DNA of 64,000 nucleotides from Candidatus Daviesbacteria bacterium (GTDB lineage Bacteria; Patescibacteriota; Microgenomatia; Daviesbacterales; UBA10151): NCBI GenBank assembly GCA_016186955.1, contig JACPKP010000003.1, positions 194,290 to 258,289 of the forward strand, read 5' to 3'. Shown piece by piece: positions 39,824 to 48,722 of this stretch (position 1 is its first letter; each line of letters starts with the position of its first letter). The notes under the pieces were generated by a model. It saw only the letters and a program-made list of their open reading frames with translations, ran no database searches and was not told where the DNA came from. The position numbers and the translations under genes were made by a program.

Positions 39824-40591
39824 ATGGAACAGATATTGGGAAAAGCTGAAAGTTACCCCCACCATCTCCCAGAAAATGAGAGATATGGAATGGATCCTGA
39901 TCTTTTGACTGATAAAATAGTGGGTTCACCTTTTTCTGACAGGCTGATCTTGGCTCATATGAAAGCAGGCAATATTGTTATCAAGCCTTTTGTAAAAGAG
40001 CATCTGACCAGTTCAAGCTATGATATCAGGTTAGGCAGGTATTATTATGAAGAACAGCAGCCGGAAAAACCCGGCGGTTTGTTCAACCCTTATAGCAGCG
40101 GACATGTAAAAAAAGTTTGGGGGAAACCAAAAGAAGCTATTAAAGCAGGAACTTTACTGGATAGGTTTCCCGACAAAAATGACTGGCAAAACATAGAGGA
40201 GGATGATGACGTAATTTTATTTGAACCCCTAAAGACCTATCTTTGTCATACCTATGAGTTTATAGGTATGCGCAGTGTAGGTACTGAAATGATGAAAGCG
40301 CGTTCCACAACTGGCAGGATTTTTCTGGAGATCTGCAAATGCGCCGGTTGGGGGGACAACGGATATATCAACCGCTGGACCATGGAAATTACCAGTAACT
40401 GTTCTTACTATTCAATACCTATTGTTGTGGGGACCAGGATCGGGCAGCTGGCATTTTTTTATACAGGAGAGACTGACAGGCCTTATGTAGGAAGGGGAAG
40501 TTATCAAAACACTAACGATTTTGAACAGCTTGAAAGGGAATGGAGCCCTGAATGTATGCTGCCAAAATTAAAAAGGGATCCAAAAATATGA
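39824..40591 (+). CDS. dcd: dCTP deaminase family protein (with C-terminal extension)
   Basis: ILAHMKAGNIVIKPF ... SSSYDIRLG dCTP deaminase/dUTPase-fold signature. Confidence 0.65.
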   Translation: MEQILGKAESYPHHLPENERYGMDPDLLTDKIVGSPFSDRLILAHMKAGNIVIKPFVKEHLTSSSYDIRLGRYYYEEQQPEKPGGLFNPYSSGHVKKVWGKPKEAIKAGTLLDRFPDKNDWQNIEEDDDVILFEPLKTYLCHTYEFIGMRSVGTEMMKARSTTGRIFLEICKCAGWGDNGYINRWTMEITSNCSYYSIPIVVGTRIGQLAFFYTGETDRPYVGRGSYQNTNDFEQLEREWSPECMLPKLKRDPKI

Positions 40592-41295
40592 TTGAAAAAC
40601 AAAAGGCTTGCCTGCCCTGCCCTGCCGGCAGGCGGGCGGCAGGCAGGGGCTGCTGGATTGCATTTGAAGGTAATGACGGTTGCGGAAAATCTGACCAGTG
40701 CAAAAGATTTGCGGAATATTTAACTCATGATTTGGGTATAGGACCTGTTGTAGAGACAAGGGAGCCGGGTGGCTGTTTTGAAGCGGAAAAAATTAAGAAT
40801 ATGTTATTTTTGCCGAAACTTGCCAAATACCCTATTGTTCAGCTCCATTTACTTTTGGCTGCAAGACACCTCAATATTTTTGAGACTGTTGAGCCAAGCA
40901 TTGCCATGCAGGCTATTGTTTTGCAGGATCGGTCAGAAGGGTCAACTATTGCCTACCAGGTTTTCCAATACGGTTTGGATTATGAGATAGCAAGGGCTAT
41001 GAATGATTTTGCCACAGCCGGATGGAGGCCGGATCTAACCATGTTATTGGATGTAGATGAGAAAGTTGGTTGGCAGAGAAAGCATGCTTCAAAAGAGGGG
41101 GCTTCCAATTACTTTGACAATGCAGATTTTACTGATCTGCAAAACAGGCGGAAAGGCTATCTTTGGCAGGCTAAAAACTATAAAAAGCTGGATTTAAACC
41201 CCTGGGTTGTCATTGATGCCAACAGGCCAAAAGATGAGGTTTTCAAAGATGTTGTTGCAGCTGTTAAAAAAAGCGGCTTGATAAGAGGGATTTAA
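40588..41295 (+). CDS. thymidylate kinase-like P-loop kinase
   Basis: IAFEGNDGCGKS P-loop and ETREPGG motif as in Tmk; ATGA overlap with dcd; ORF track start 40552 lies inside dcd. Confidence 0.55.
   Translation: MIEKQKACLPCPAGRRAAGRGCWIAFEGNDGCGKSDQCKRFAEYLTHDLGIGPVVETREPGGCFEAEKIKNMLFLPKLAKYPIVQLHLLLAARHLNIFETVEPSIAMQAIVLQDRSEGSTIAYQVFQYGLDYEIARAMNDFATAGWRPDLTMLLDVDEKVGWQRKHASKEGASNYFDNADFTDLQNRRKGYLWQAKNYKKLDLNPWVVIDANRPKDEVFKDVVAAVKKSGLIRGI
40605..40650. repeat. GC-rich palindrome (ccctgccggcagg / ggcggcaggcagggg) at 5' end of Tmk-like CDS
   Basis: direct reading; strongly atypical composition for this genome. Confidence 0.6.
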
Positions 41296-41307
41296 GGATA
41301 ATTTAAA

Positions 41308-42390
41308 ATGATTGAAAGAGGAAAATTAATAGTTTTGGAGGGGATTGATTACGCAGGGAAAGGGACACAGCTTAAATTACTGGAAAAAAGTTTACTTGAG
41401 AGGGGAATACCTTATACAATGATAGATTTTCCCCGTCACGGACAAAATCATTATGCTTATGTAGTAGACAGGTATCTTGCGGATAAGTCGGGAGAAAAAG
41501 TTGACCCCTATTTTGTGACGCTTTCGTACGCTGGTGACAGGGCGCTCGGTAAACCGCTGATAAACTGCGGTTTGGATTACGGAAAGCTGGTAACCCTTGG
41601 AAGGTATGTTTCATCCAACGCTTACAGTGCGGCAGAGCTGCCTCCCGAAGAACGCGAAGGGTTTCTTAAATGGTCTAACGAGTTTGAATATTATAAAAAC
41701 GGTCTTCCAAGGGAAGATTTGGTAATCCTTTTGGATACACCGGTTAAAGTGGCCCAACAAAGAATAAACAACAAACCCGATAAAAACGAAAGGGATTTGC
41801 GTCTTCAACAGGAAGTATCCAGTGTATATAAAAATCTTTTGGAATCTGAACCGAATTGGGTTGCAGTACAAACACAAAACAAAAGCGAACTTGGAATAAA
41901 TAGTGAGATATTAAAAACACTTGATAAAAGAAATTTGCTGCCGAAAGTTTATCCCCTGGATGTTTATTTCGGATGTTCAATCCAGGGCGAATCGGGCGGA
42001 GACGGAGTAAAAAAAACTATTATCGGCCTGATCCGGGATTTGGGCCATCATGTTTTATCGGAGATGTTTATTTCAGAGGATATTAATTTAAGACGGGGCA
42101 GGCAGCTGCAGGACGATGAAGTTTATGCTGACGATATTTACATGATGCACCGGGCTAAAGTAAAAGTTATGGATGTCTCAAGGATTAGCTTGGGTGTGGG
42201 TTATGAGATAGGTTGGTCCCTGGCTAAAAATGAAAGGGTAATTGGGCTTTGCGAAAAGAGCAGATGGGATCACTTATCAAAGATGATAAAAGGCAACACT
42301 GAGCCGAATTTTGCATTATACAGCTGGGAAAGTGAGGATGATGTGCAAAACATTCTAAGGATGGAGCTGGGGGAGGTAAACAATGGTTGA
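41308..42390 (+). CDS. fusion protein: N-terminal dNMP/thymidylate kinase-like P-loop domain + C-terminal nucleoside 2-deoxyribosyltransferase/DNPH1-like domain
   Basis: LIVLEGIDYAGKGTQ P-loop; C-terminal VYFGCSIQG...DDIYMMHRAKVKVMDVSRISLGVGYEIGW resembles NDT-like flavodoxin-fold family. Confidence 0.5.
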   Translation: MIERGKLIVLEGIDYAGKGTQLKLLEKSLLERGIPYTMIDFPRHGQNHYAYVVDRYLADKSGEKVDPYFVTLSYAGDRALGKPLINCGLDYGKLVTLGRYVSSNAYSAAELPPEEREGFLKWSNEFEYYKNGLPREDLVILLDTPVKVAQQRINNKPDKNERDLRLQQEVSSVYKNLLESEPNWVAVQTQNKSELGINSEILKTLDKRNLLPKVYPLDVYFGCSIQGESGGDGVKKTIIGLIRDLGHHVLSEMFISEDINLRRGRQLQDDEVYADDIYMMHRAKVKVMDVSRISLGVGYEIGWSLAKNERVIGLCEKSRWDHLSKMIKGNTEPNFALYSWESEDDVQNILRMELGEVNNG

Positions 42391-43921
42391 GCAGGATATT
42401 CAGCCAAATTTTTATACTGTAATTGGAGTTGAGCCGGAGGTTTTGGCATACGCCCTGGCCAAATTTTCCCGTTCTGCCAATACCTTAACTGAAACTTTAA
42501 AAGAACTGTCGGGTGAGAAAGCGGAAAAGTTTTTTAATACATTTTATTTCCAGTACGGCCACAACTCAATAGCGGATCTTCTGCATGTTGTGTTGTCTTT
42601 AGAAAATATACCCATCATTGAGGCCATTGAAGTTTGGGATGATCCGCTAATAGACGGTCAGGAATCATCTACCAGATACCAGAATTTTTCCAGAAGGAGG
42701 TTTGCCACGCCCCAGAGGTTAGTAGGATTACCGATGGAGCTTTACTACAAAAATATGGGCAATAAGTTATTTGAAACTTACTTTCAGCTGCAAGAGCCTG
42801 TTTCTAAATATCTGCTGGAAAAATACGGGCCAAGCCGGCCTGCTGATATTGATGAGGGGACAGCTTTGCGGACTGCCAATGCCAGGACTTTTGACAGGAC
42901 CCGTTACCTTTTGCCATCTTCAACCTATACTAATATGGGTATTATCATGTCAGCCAGAACGGCTGAGAAGATGATCATTAGGTTGGTTTCAAACCCTAAC
43001 CCGGAGATTCAAAACCTTGGTGCAAAGATAAGGGAAACGGTCAAAGACCACCCGGCCTTTAATCTGGTTTACGAGAAACAAAAGCAGTTATTTTTGGACC
43101 AGGAAGATTTCGGCCCAAGGCAGGAATTTTATCAACAGGCTTTGGATTTGGCGCTTGGAGATGTCAAAAGCGCACCAACCCTGGTTAAATACACCAACCC
43201 CTCGCAGTACCAACAAATGATGTACGCCCGCCTAAAAGATGCAGCAAAACAGTATTTAGGGGATGAGGAGCCTGAAAACGGCCGGTTAGCCAGGTTGCAT
43301 TTTAATATCCATCCTGAAATTGAAGCTGCAGCTACAGCATTATACAAAGGTTCAAACCATTCTTTCCAGCAGGCTTTGGAGGTTGCGGAAGGGATGGAAT
43401 ATGGGGAGAGAAGGGATCTTACTGATTCGCTTTTTGAGGGCAGGGGAGCCAAAGATGAGACTGTAAGGGAGGCTAATACAGGCAGGATGTTAATTTTTGA
43501 CATTGAAACAGATAACGGCGCTTTCAGGGACCTGATCAGGCACAGGAATATGGTCAAGATTATCCAGGATTTTACCCCAAATTTAGGGTTTGATACGCCT
43601 GAAGATTTTAAGGCTGCAGGTTTAGACTGCCAGTATAAGCAAGTCATGGAATCAGCGGGAATTTTAGCTACTGCCTTAGACTCAGAGCTTTTGGGGGTAG
43701 GGCAATATATCCTGCCGCTTGCCTACAGGAGGAAGATGTTAATGAAAATGGATAGCGCCCAGTTGCAATATATTGTGGAAAACAGGACCACTACCCAGGG
43801 GCATTTTTCCTACAGGGAAACAGCTTATAAAATGTGGCAGCAGGCGATGCAATATATCCCCGACCTGGCAAAACATATCCGCGTTACCCACCCTTCAGTT
43901 GAAAACTTCTGGAAAAGGTAA
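42383..43921 (+). CDS. thyX: flavin-dependent thymidylate synthase ThyX, long tandem-duplicated (pseudo-dimer) type
   Basis: half 1: YGHNSIADLLHV, QESSTRYQNFS, ARTFDRTRYLLPSSTYTN; half 2: IRHRNM (RHR), GQYILPLAYRRKMLMKMDSAQLQYIVENR; motifs split between halves. Confidence 0.55.
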   Translation: MVEQDIQPNFYTVIGVEPEVLAYALAKFSRSANTLTETLKELSGEKAEKFFNTFYFQYGHNSIADLLHVVLSLENIPIIEAIEVWDDPLIDGQESSTRYQNFSRRRFATPQRLVGLPMELYYKNMGNKLFETYFQLQEPVSKYLLEKYGPSRPADIDEGTALRTANARTFDRTRYLLPSSTYTNMGIIMSARTAEKMIIRLVSNPNPEIQNLGAKIRETVKDHPAFNLVYEKQKQLFLDQEDFGPRQEFYQQALDLALGDVKSAPTLVKYTNPSQYQQMMYARLKDAAKQYLGDEEPENGRLARLHFNIHPEIEAAATALYKGSNHSFQQALEVAEGMEYGERRDLTDSLFEGRGAKDETVREANTGRMLIFDIETDNGAFRDLIRHRNMVKIIQDFTPNLGFDTPEDFKAAGLDCQYKQVMESAGILATALDSELLGVGQYILPLAYRRKMLMKMDSAQLQYIVENRTTTQGHFSYRETAYKMWQQAMQYIPDLAKHIRVTHPSVENFWKR

Positions 43922-43967
43922 TTTGCATTTGACAAGCTAGGTATATGGTGTGCCATAATTTAAACAG

Positions 43968-45872
43968 ATGTTTAAAAAACTGCTCAGATATTTCCAAGAA
44001 GAAGGTGGGGCTGCACCATTGCTGATACTCTTAGCAGTGATTGGTGTAGTAACTTTTCTGTTGACTACCGCATCAGTAGATTTTAAAAACAAATTATTTG
44101 GTAATCTTTTCCCTAAACCCTCTTCAAAAGCAGTTGATATCCAACCAGTTGGGCAAACATCAGGCAATTGGTTGCTGACCTTTGCTGATGAGTTTAGCGG
44201 TACCAGTTTAGATACAACTAAATGGCGGACTGATGGTAACTGGGGAATGGGTATTGGTTGTCAGGATAACCAAAATAATGTAGTGGTATCAGGGGGTTTT
44301 TTGCACCTTTATGCTAAAGATGGCCAAAGCTCATGGTGTTCGCGCAGTGATTATTCAGAGGCTATCATCCAAACAGCTGGATATGGTGATCCCAAACCTT
44401 TTGCTTTTACTTATGGTTATATGGAAGCATTGGTCAATATCCCTCAAGGTAGAGGACTTTGGCCGGGTTTTTGGCTTTATGGAACAGGTGGAGGTACAGC
44501 TGAAATTGATGCAGCTGAGTGGTTGGATCAAGATCCAACCACAGTCTATATGACCATCCACTTCGCAGATGGTACCTCATCAGCCATCTCCTACACTGGC
44601 ACTGATTGGTCAAATGGGTGGCATACAATTGGTTTAGATTGGGAGCCGGGTAGTTTAGTTTGGTATATTGATGGAGTAGAAAGAAGACGGGTAACAGATA
44701 GCAGGGTGCCAAATGGCTCGATGTATGTTTTAAATGACATTACAGTGGGTGGTTGGGCAGGAAATCCCGATAGCGCTACACCCTTCCCGGCAGATTACCG
44801 GACTGATTATGTTAGGGTTTGGAAAAAAGGTACAGCTTCTCCCACTCCAACCCCCACCCCTCCTATAACCCAAACCATCACCCTTATCCCCACAGATGAT
44901 GCCTCTGTTTGGTCTGATAACCCATCTGTGTTCAATGGGTTTGATCCAACACTGGGAGTTGATGGGAGCCCTGGCATAGGTATAACCTATATGAAGTTTG
45001 ATCTGTCATCTTTAGTAGGAGCCTCTGTCACACAAGCCAAACTGAGGATTAAAGTTCAAACTGATTCTTCCTGGGGAACGCAAAACGTTAAACAGGTTGC
45101 AGATAACTCCTGGACCCAAGGGGGTATCAACTATAATATTAGACCTACTTTAGGTTCTGCAGTATCAACCTTTGTACCCAATAATGTTACCAATACTTAT
45201 ATAGAAACAGATATCACAAGTTATGTAAAGTCAAAAACAGGGCAATTACTCTCGCTGGGTATTGATGAAACTTCCACAGATGGAATCTACTTTAACTCAA
45301 AAGAGGCAGTAGCAGATAAGCCCCAACTTGTTATTACTTATACTTCATCATCTCCAACCCCCACCCCAACACCCACACCAACCCCCACACCTACACCAAC
45401 TCCTTCCCCAACACCAACCCCCACACCAACACCCACCTCTACACCTACTCCCACTCCAGGATTATCTACATTGATTGAAGCAGAGAATATGAGCCTTATC
45501 CCTAACTCTAATGCCCTGCAGGTACTTTTGGATCCGCTGGCCTCAGGTGGTAAATATATGAAGTTTTGGAGTAATGCCACCTCAAACATCTCATTTGATA
45601 ACCAGTCCAGCACCAGCCAGGTGATACTCAGAGCCAGTGGAGACCAATGTAGTGGCGCACCTAATGTAATTGTAAGAATTGATGGAATCACGGTCTATTC
45701 TGCTGGAATATCATCCTCTTCTTGGACAGATTATGTGTTTACTAAATCTTTATCCTCAGGATTACATAACCTGTCAGTTGAATTTAATAATGACTATGTT
45801 GCAAAGATAGGTAATAGTGGGAAAGTAAGGTGTGACAGGAACCTAAAAGTAGATAAAATAACTCTGCAATGA
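43968..45872 (+). CDS. secreted/anchored glycoside hydrolase family 16 (beta-glucanase/laminarinase-like) with Pro-Thr linkers and C-terminal beta-rich (CBM-like) domains
   Basis: N-terminal TM/signal anchor; GH16 blocks (FADEFSG, WPGFWLYG, AEIDAAEW ~ ExDxxE catalytic motif); TPTPTP linkers at ~44830-44880 and 45355-45460. Confidence 0.75.
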   Translation: MFKKLLRYFQEEGGAAPLLILLAVIGVVTFLLTTASVDFKNKLFGNLFPKPSSKAVDIQPVGQTSGNWLLTFADEFSGTSLDTTKWRTDGNWGMGIGCQDNQNNVVVSGGFLHLYAKDGQSSWCSRSDYSEAIIQTAGYGDPKPFAFTYGYMEALVNIPQGRGLWPGFWLYGTGGGTAEIDAAEWLDQDPTTVYMTIHFADGTSSAISYTGTDWSNGWHTIGLDWEPGSLVWYIDGVERRRVTDSRVPNGSMYVLNDITVGGWAGNPDSATPFPADYRTDYVRVWKKGTASPTPTPTPPITQTITLIPTDDASVWSDNPSVFNGFDPTLGVDGSPGIGITYMKFDLSSLVGASVTQAKLRIKVQTDSSWGTQNVKQVADNSWTQGGINYNIRPTLGSAVSTFVPNNVTNTYIETDITSYVKSKTGQLLSLGIDETSTDGIYFNSKEAVADKPQLVITYTSSSPTPTPTPTPTPTPTPTPSPTPTPTPTPTSTPTPTPGLSTLIEAENMSLIPNSNALQVLLDPLASGGKYMKFWSNATSNISFDNQSSTSQVILRASGDQCSGAPNVIVRIDGITVYSAGISSSSWTDYVFTKSLSSGLHNLSVEFNNDYVAKIGNSGKVRCDRNLKVDKITLQ

Positions 45873-45927
45873 ACTACCGTAAGTAACAATTGCTTTATGC
45901 CTACAATTTTGGTTTAATTACCCCAGA

Positions 45928-46494
45928 ATGTCGGAAAGATTAGGGTATTTAAATAGTGAAAAATGTTGTATTGCCTGTTTGGCCCCAAGAAATAACAAGA
46001 AAAAAGGCATACTCACTGCTGACCATTTAGTTCCAATCCTGGCGTGCAAAGATTATCCGGAAAGTTTAGGCGATAAATCAGATTCGAGTTTGGAAGATTT
46101 AAGTATCAATATTTTTACATTATGCCGCAGCTGTCATCAAAAAATTGATTCTGATTTACCTACGGGGAAGATGGAGATGTACAGGCTTTATGGGATTTTA
46201 GGTTTAACCATTTTTTTGTCAAAGTACCCCAGGTCCCCTGATGCAGATCTACTGATAAGACAGCACAAACAGCTAATAGAACTGTTTTCCCAGTTGAGTG
46301 TCAGATACCCTTTGCAAATCGCTCTTTTCAGGGAGGCAATTGAACTTCTTCCCAAAAAACCTGGTAAAAATAAAGACGTCTATATGGAGTATAAGATTGA
46401 ATTTTATAAGATAAACAGCAGGATAGAGTCATTTTTAAAAGCCCATGAGCTGGTTGATTGGAGTTTGCATGTATGGGGCCAGGGCAGGTTTTAA
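45928..46494 (+). CDS. HNH (His-Me finger) endonuclease domain protein
   Basis: CIACL...ADHLVPI...CRSCHQKID pattern of HNH nucleases. Confidence 0.55.
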   Translation: MSERLGYLNSEKCCIACLAPRNNKKKGILTADHLVPILACKDYPESLGDKSDSSLEDLSINIFTLCRSCHQKIDSDLPTGKMEMYRLYGILGLTIFLSKYPRSPDADLLIRQHKQLIELFSQLSVRYPLQIALFREAIELLPKKPGKNKDVYMEYKIEFYKINSRIESFLKAHELVDWSLHVWGQGRF

Positions 46495-46603
46495 ATACTG
46501 ACCGTTGACGCGGCAGCCTCAAATTGATATAATATTAAAATCAAACATCCGATGCTTGAAGTTTTCCTGGAATTCATTGGCGCCGGAGAAGTTGAAGGAA
46601 AAC

Positions 46604-47440
46604 ATGACTATTAAAGTTCCCTCAATGCAGGATCTACTTGAAGCAGGTGTCCATTTTGGGCATCAGGTTCGCCGCGGCCATCCAAAGATGAGCCCGTACA
46701 TTTTTGGTGCACGGGATGGTGTCCATATTATTGATCTGGGGAAGTCGGAAGAAAAATTACAGGAAGCAGCCCGGGCAGCCTATGAAATCGGTAAAAAAGG
46801 CGGGGTTATGCTGCTTGTCGGCACCAAAAAACAGGCGCGGGAGATCATAGAGGGTTTGGCCAAAGAGGCAGAACTGCCATTTTTAACCCAGCATTGGGTG
46901 GGAGGACTTTTGACAAATTTTGAAGAAATACAAAAGAATATTAAAAAATTAGTAAACTTAAAAGAGGAACAGCAAAAAGGGGAACTGTCCCGTTATACCA
47001 AAAAAGAACAGCTTTTAATAGCCAGAAAACTTGGTAAGTTTGATACTGTATTGGGAGGTGTTGCAGATATGAAGAAATTGCCTGATGCGATGTTTATAGT
47101 AGATGCCCAATCAGACAACACTGCTGTCAAGGAAGCCATGAAGATGGGTATTCCTATTTTAGGGCTTTGCGATACTAACGCTGACCCGAACTGGTTTGAC
47201 TGGCCAGTACCTGCCAATGACGATGGTATCAAATCCATAAAGCTTATTTGTGAGACTTTAATAAACACATACACAAAAGGCAAAAAAGAGGCTAAGGATG
47301 TGGCGGAAAAAGAGCAGAAAGCAAAAGAGTCGAATGAAATTGAAGTTGAGTTGGCGCCTGCAGTAAAAGAGGAGGCAGCTGCAATTGAGGAAGAGATTGA
47401 GAAAAAGGTAGTGGAGGAGTCAGAGAGGAAAACCGGATAA
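46604..47440 (+). CDS. rpsB: 30S ribosomal protein S2 (with acidic C-terminal extension)
   Basis: MQDLLEAGVHFGHQVRRGHPKM S2 signature; start set at ATG 46604. Confidence 0.9.
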   Translation: MTIKVPSMQDLLEAGVHFGHQVRRGHPKMSPYIFGARDGVHIIDLGKSEEKLQEAARAAYEIGKKGGVMLLVGTKKQAREIIEGLAKEAELPFLTQHWVGGLLTNFEEIQKNIKKLVNLKEEQQKGELSRYTKKEQLLIARKLGKFDTVLGGVADMKKLPDAMFIVDAQSDNTAVKEAMKMGIPILGLCDTNADPNWFDWPVPANDDGIKSIKLICETLINTYTKGKKEAKDVAEKEQKAKESNEIEVELAPAVKEEAAAIEEEIEKKVVEESERKTG

Positions 47441-47442
47441 CC

Positions 47443-47554
47443 GTCATTGCGATCACGTTCAGTTTAATGAACGTGAGAAGCAATCTCGTATATCAGGTTA
47501 GCGGTGATCATAGACGAGATCCTTCGACTCGCTACGCTCGCTCAGGATGACAAA
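47443..47554. repeat. dual-hairpin MITE/REP-like repeat, type 2 copy (rpsB-tsf spacer)
   Basis: gtcattgcgatcacgttcagtttaatgaacgtgagaagcaatc ... ctcgctacgctcgctcaggatgacaaa; nested hairpins; related to 48602..48686. Confidence 0.8.
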
Positions 47555-47592
47555 CTGAGTGAGCAATTATACTCAGTTTGTCAAATTAAAAC

Positions 47593-48054
47593 ATGGTTAT
47601 AACTGTTGAAGCTATTAAAAAACTTAGGGAACAAACCGGGGCAGGGATTGCCGATTGTAAGGAGGCCCTAAGTCTGTCAAAGGGCAGCCTGGAAAAGGCT
47701 AAAGTATGGCTTAAGAAAAAAGGGTTGGATAAGGCAACCTCCAAAGCACAGCGGGAGGTTAAAGCAGGCATGGTGGAAACCTATTCCCATGCAGGCAGGG
47801 TTGGGGTGTTGGTTGAACTTCTTTGTGAAACAGATTTTGTAGCCAAAACCGAAGATTTTAAAAATCTGGCTCATGAACTGGCGCTACAGATTGCTTCAAT
47901 GAACCCTTCCTCGGTTGAAGATTTACTGAAACAGGAATATATTAGGGATAGCGCCCAGACTGTTGAGGAGCTTACCAAAGGAGTAGCTGGAAAACTGGGT
48001 GAAAATATACAGGTGGGAAGGTTTGAAAGGATAGCATTGGGGGATGGATCCTAA
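47593..48054 (+). CDS. tsf: elongation factor Ts (short form)
   Basis: IKKLREQTGAGIADCKEAL UBA-like N-terminus and ETDFVAKTEDF core. Confidence 0.85.
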   Translation: MVITVEAIKKLREQTGAGIADCKEALSLSKGSLEKAKVWLKKKGLDKATSKAQREVKAGMVETYSHAGRVGVLVELLCETDFVAKTEDFKNLAHELALQIASMNPSSVEDLLKQEYIRDSAQTVEELTKGVAGKLGENIQVGRFERIALGDGS

Positions 48055-48598
48055 TCTACAAGAAGCCAATACTAAGATCCAGGCAGCAATAGACCATCTC
48101 AAACATGAGCTGGCGGCGATCCGTGCAGGCAGGGCTAACCCTACTTTGATTGAAGATATTCCGGTTTCAGTTTATGGGAGCAGGATGAAACTTTTGGAAG
48201 TAGGGACTATTGCCTCACCCCAGCCATCCCTTTTGACAGTCCAGGTTTGGGATGTCTCTATTGTTGAGGATGTCAAAAAAGCGATACATGAGGCAAATAT
48301 TGGGCTTCACCCGGCAGTTGACGGGCAAGTCATACGCTTACCAATTCCTGCCTTAACAGAGGAGCGCAGAGAGGAGTTTGTAAAATTGGCCCACCAGAAA
48401 GGTGAAATTTGCAGAGTTGAAATCCGCCAAATCAGAGGGGAATCCAGGGAAAAATGGGAAAGGGCTAAAAGTGAGAAGGAATTTGGGGAGGATGAACTAT
48501 ACAGGAGGCAGGATTTATTGCAGGAGTTGGTGGATAAATCAGCAGCGCAGGTAGAAGAACTGGTGAAAGCGAAAGAGGAGGAGCTGAGGCAGATATAG
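48044..48598 (+). CDS. frr: ribosome recycling factor
   Basis: full-length RRF similarity (LLTVQVWD, IRLPIPALTEERR, RQIRGE). Confidence 0.9.
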   Translation: MDPNLQEANTKIQAAIDHLKHELAAIRAGRANPTLIEDIPVSVYGSRMKLLEVGTIASPQPSLLTVQVWDVSIVEDVKKAIHEANIGLHPAVDGQVIRLPIPALTEERREEFVKLAHQKGEICRVEIRQIRGESREKWERAKSEKEFGEDELYRRQDLLQELVDKSAAQVEELVKAKEEELRQI

Positions 48599-48601
48599 TA
48601 C

Positions 48602-48686
48602 GTCATTGCGAGAGCAGCGAAGCAATCCCATAAAAAGCTTCAGGATGATCATTAGCTAGATCCCTCGCTACGCTCGGGATGACAAA
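48602..48686. repeat. dual-hairpin MITE/REP-like repeat, type 2 copy (frr-rseP spacer)
   Basis: gtcattgcgagagcagcgaagcaatc ... ctcgctacgctcgggatgacaaag. Confidence 0.8.
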
Positions 48687-48722
48687 GTGAGTTTGGAAAT
48701 TTTACTTACCTTGTCAATTTAT

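Noticed and set aside
40552-40650. Long N-terminal extension of Tmk-like gene from ORF-track start 40552 (MYAAKIKKG...)
   Set aside because: That start lies inside dcd. The ATG at 40588 overlapping the dcd stop (ATGA) is the more parsimonious start. The GC palindrome may still be translated.
45338-45691. Minus-strand 117-aa ORF (GVGVGVG...)
   Set aside because: Antisense reading of the (ACN CCN)n Pro-Thr linker of the GH16 gene; an artefact of low-complexity DNA.
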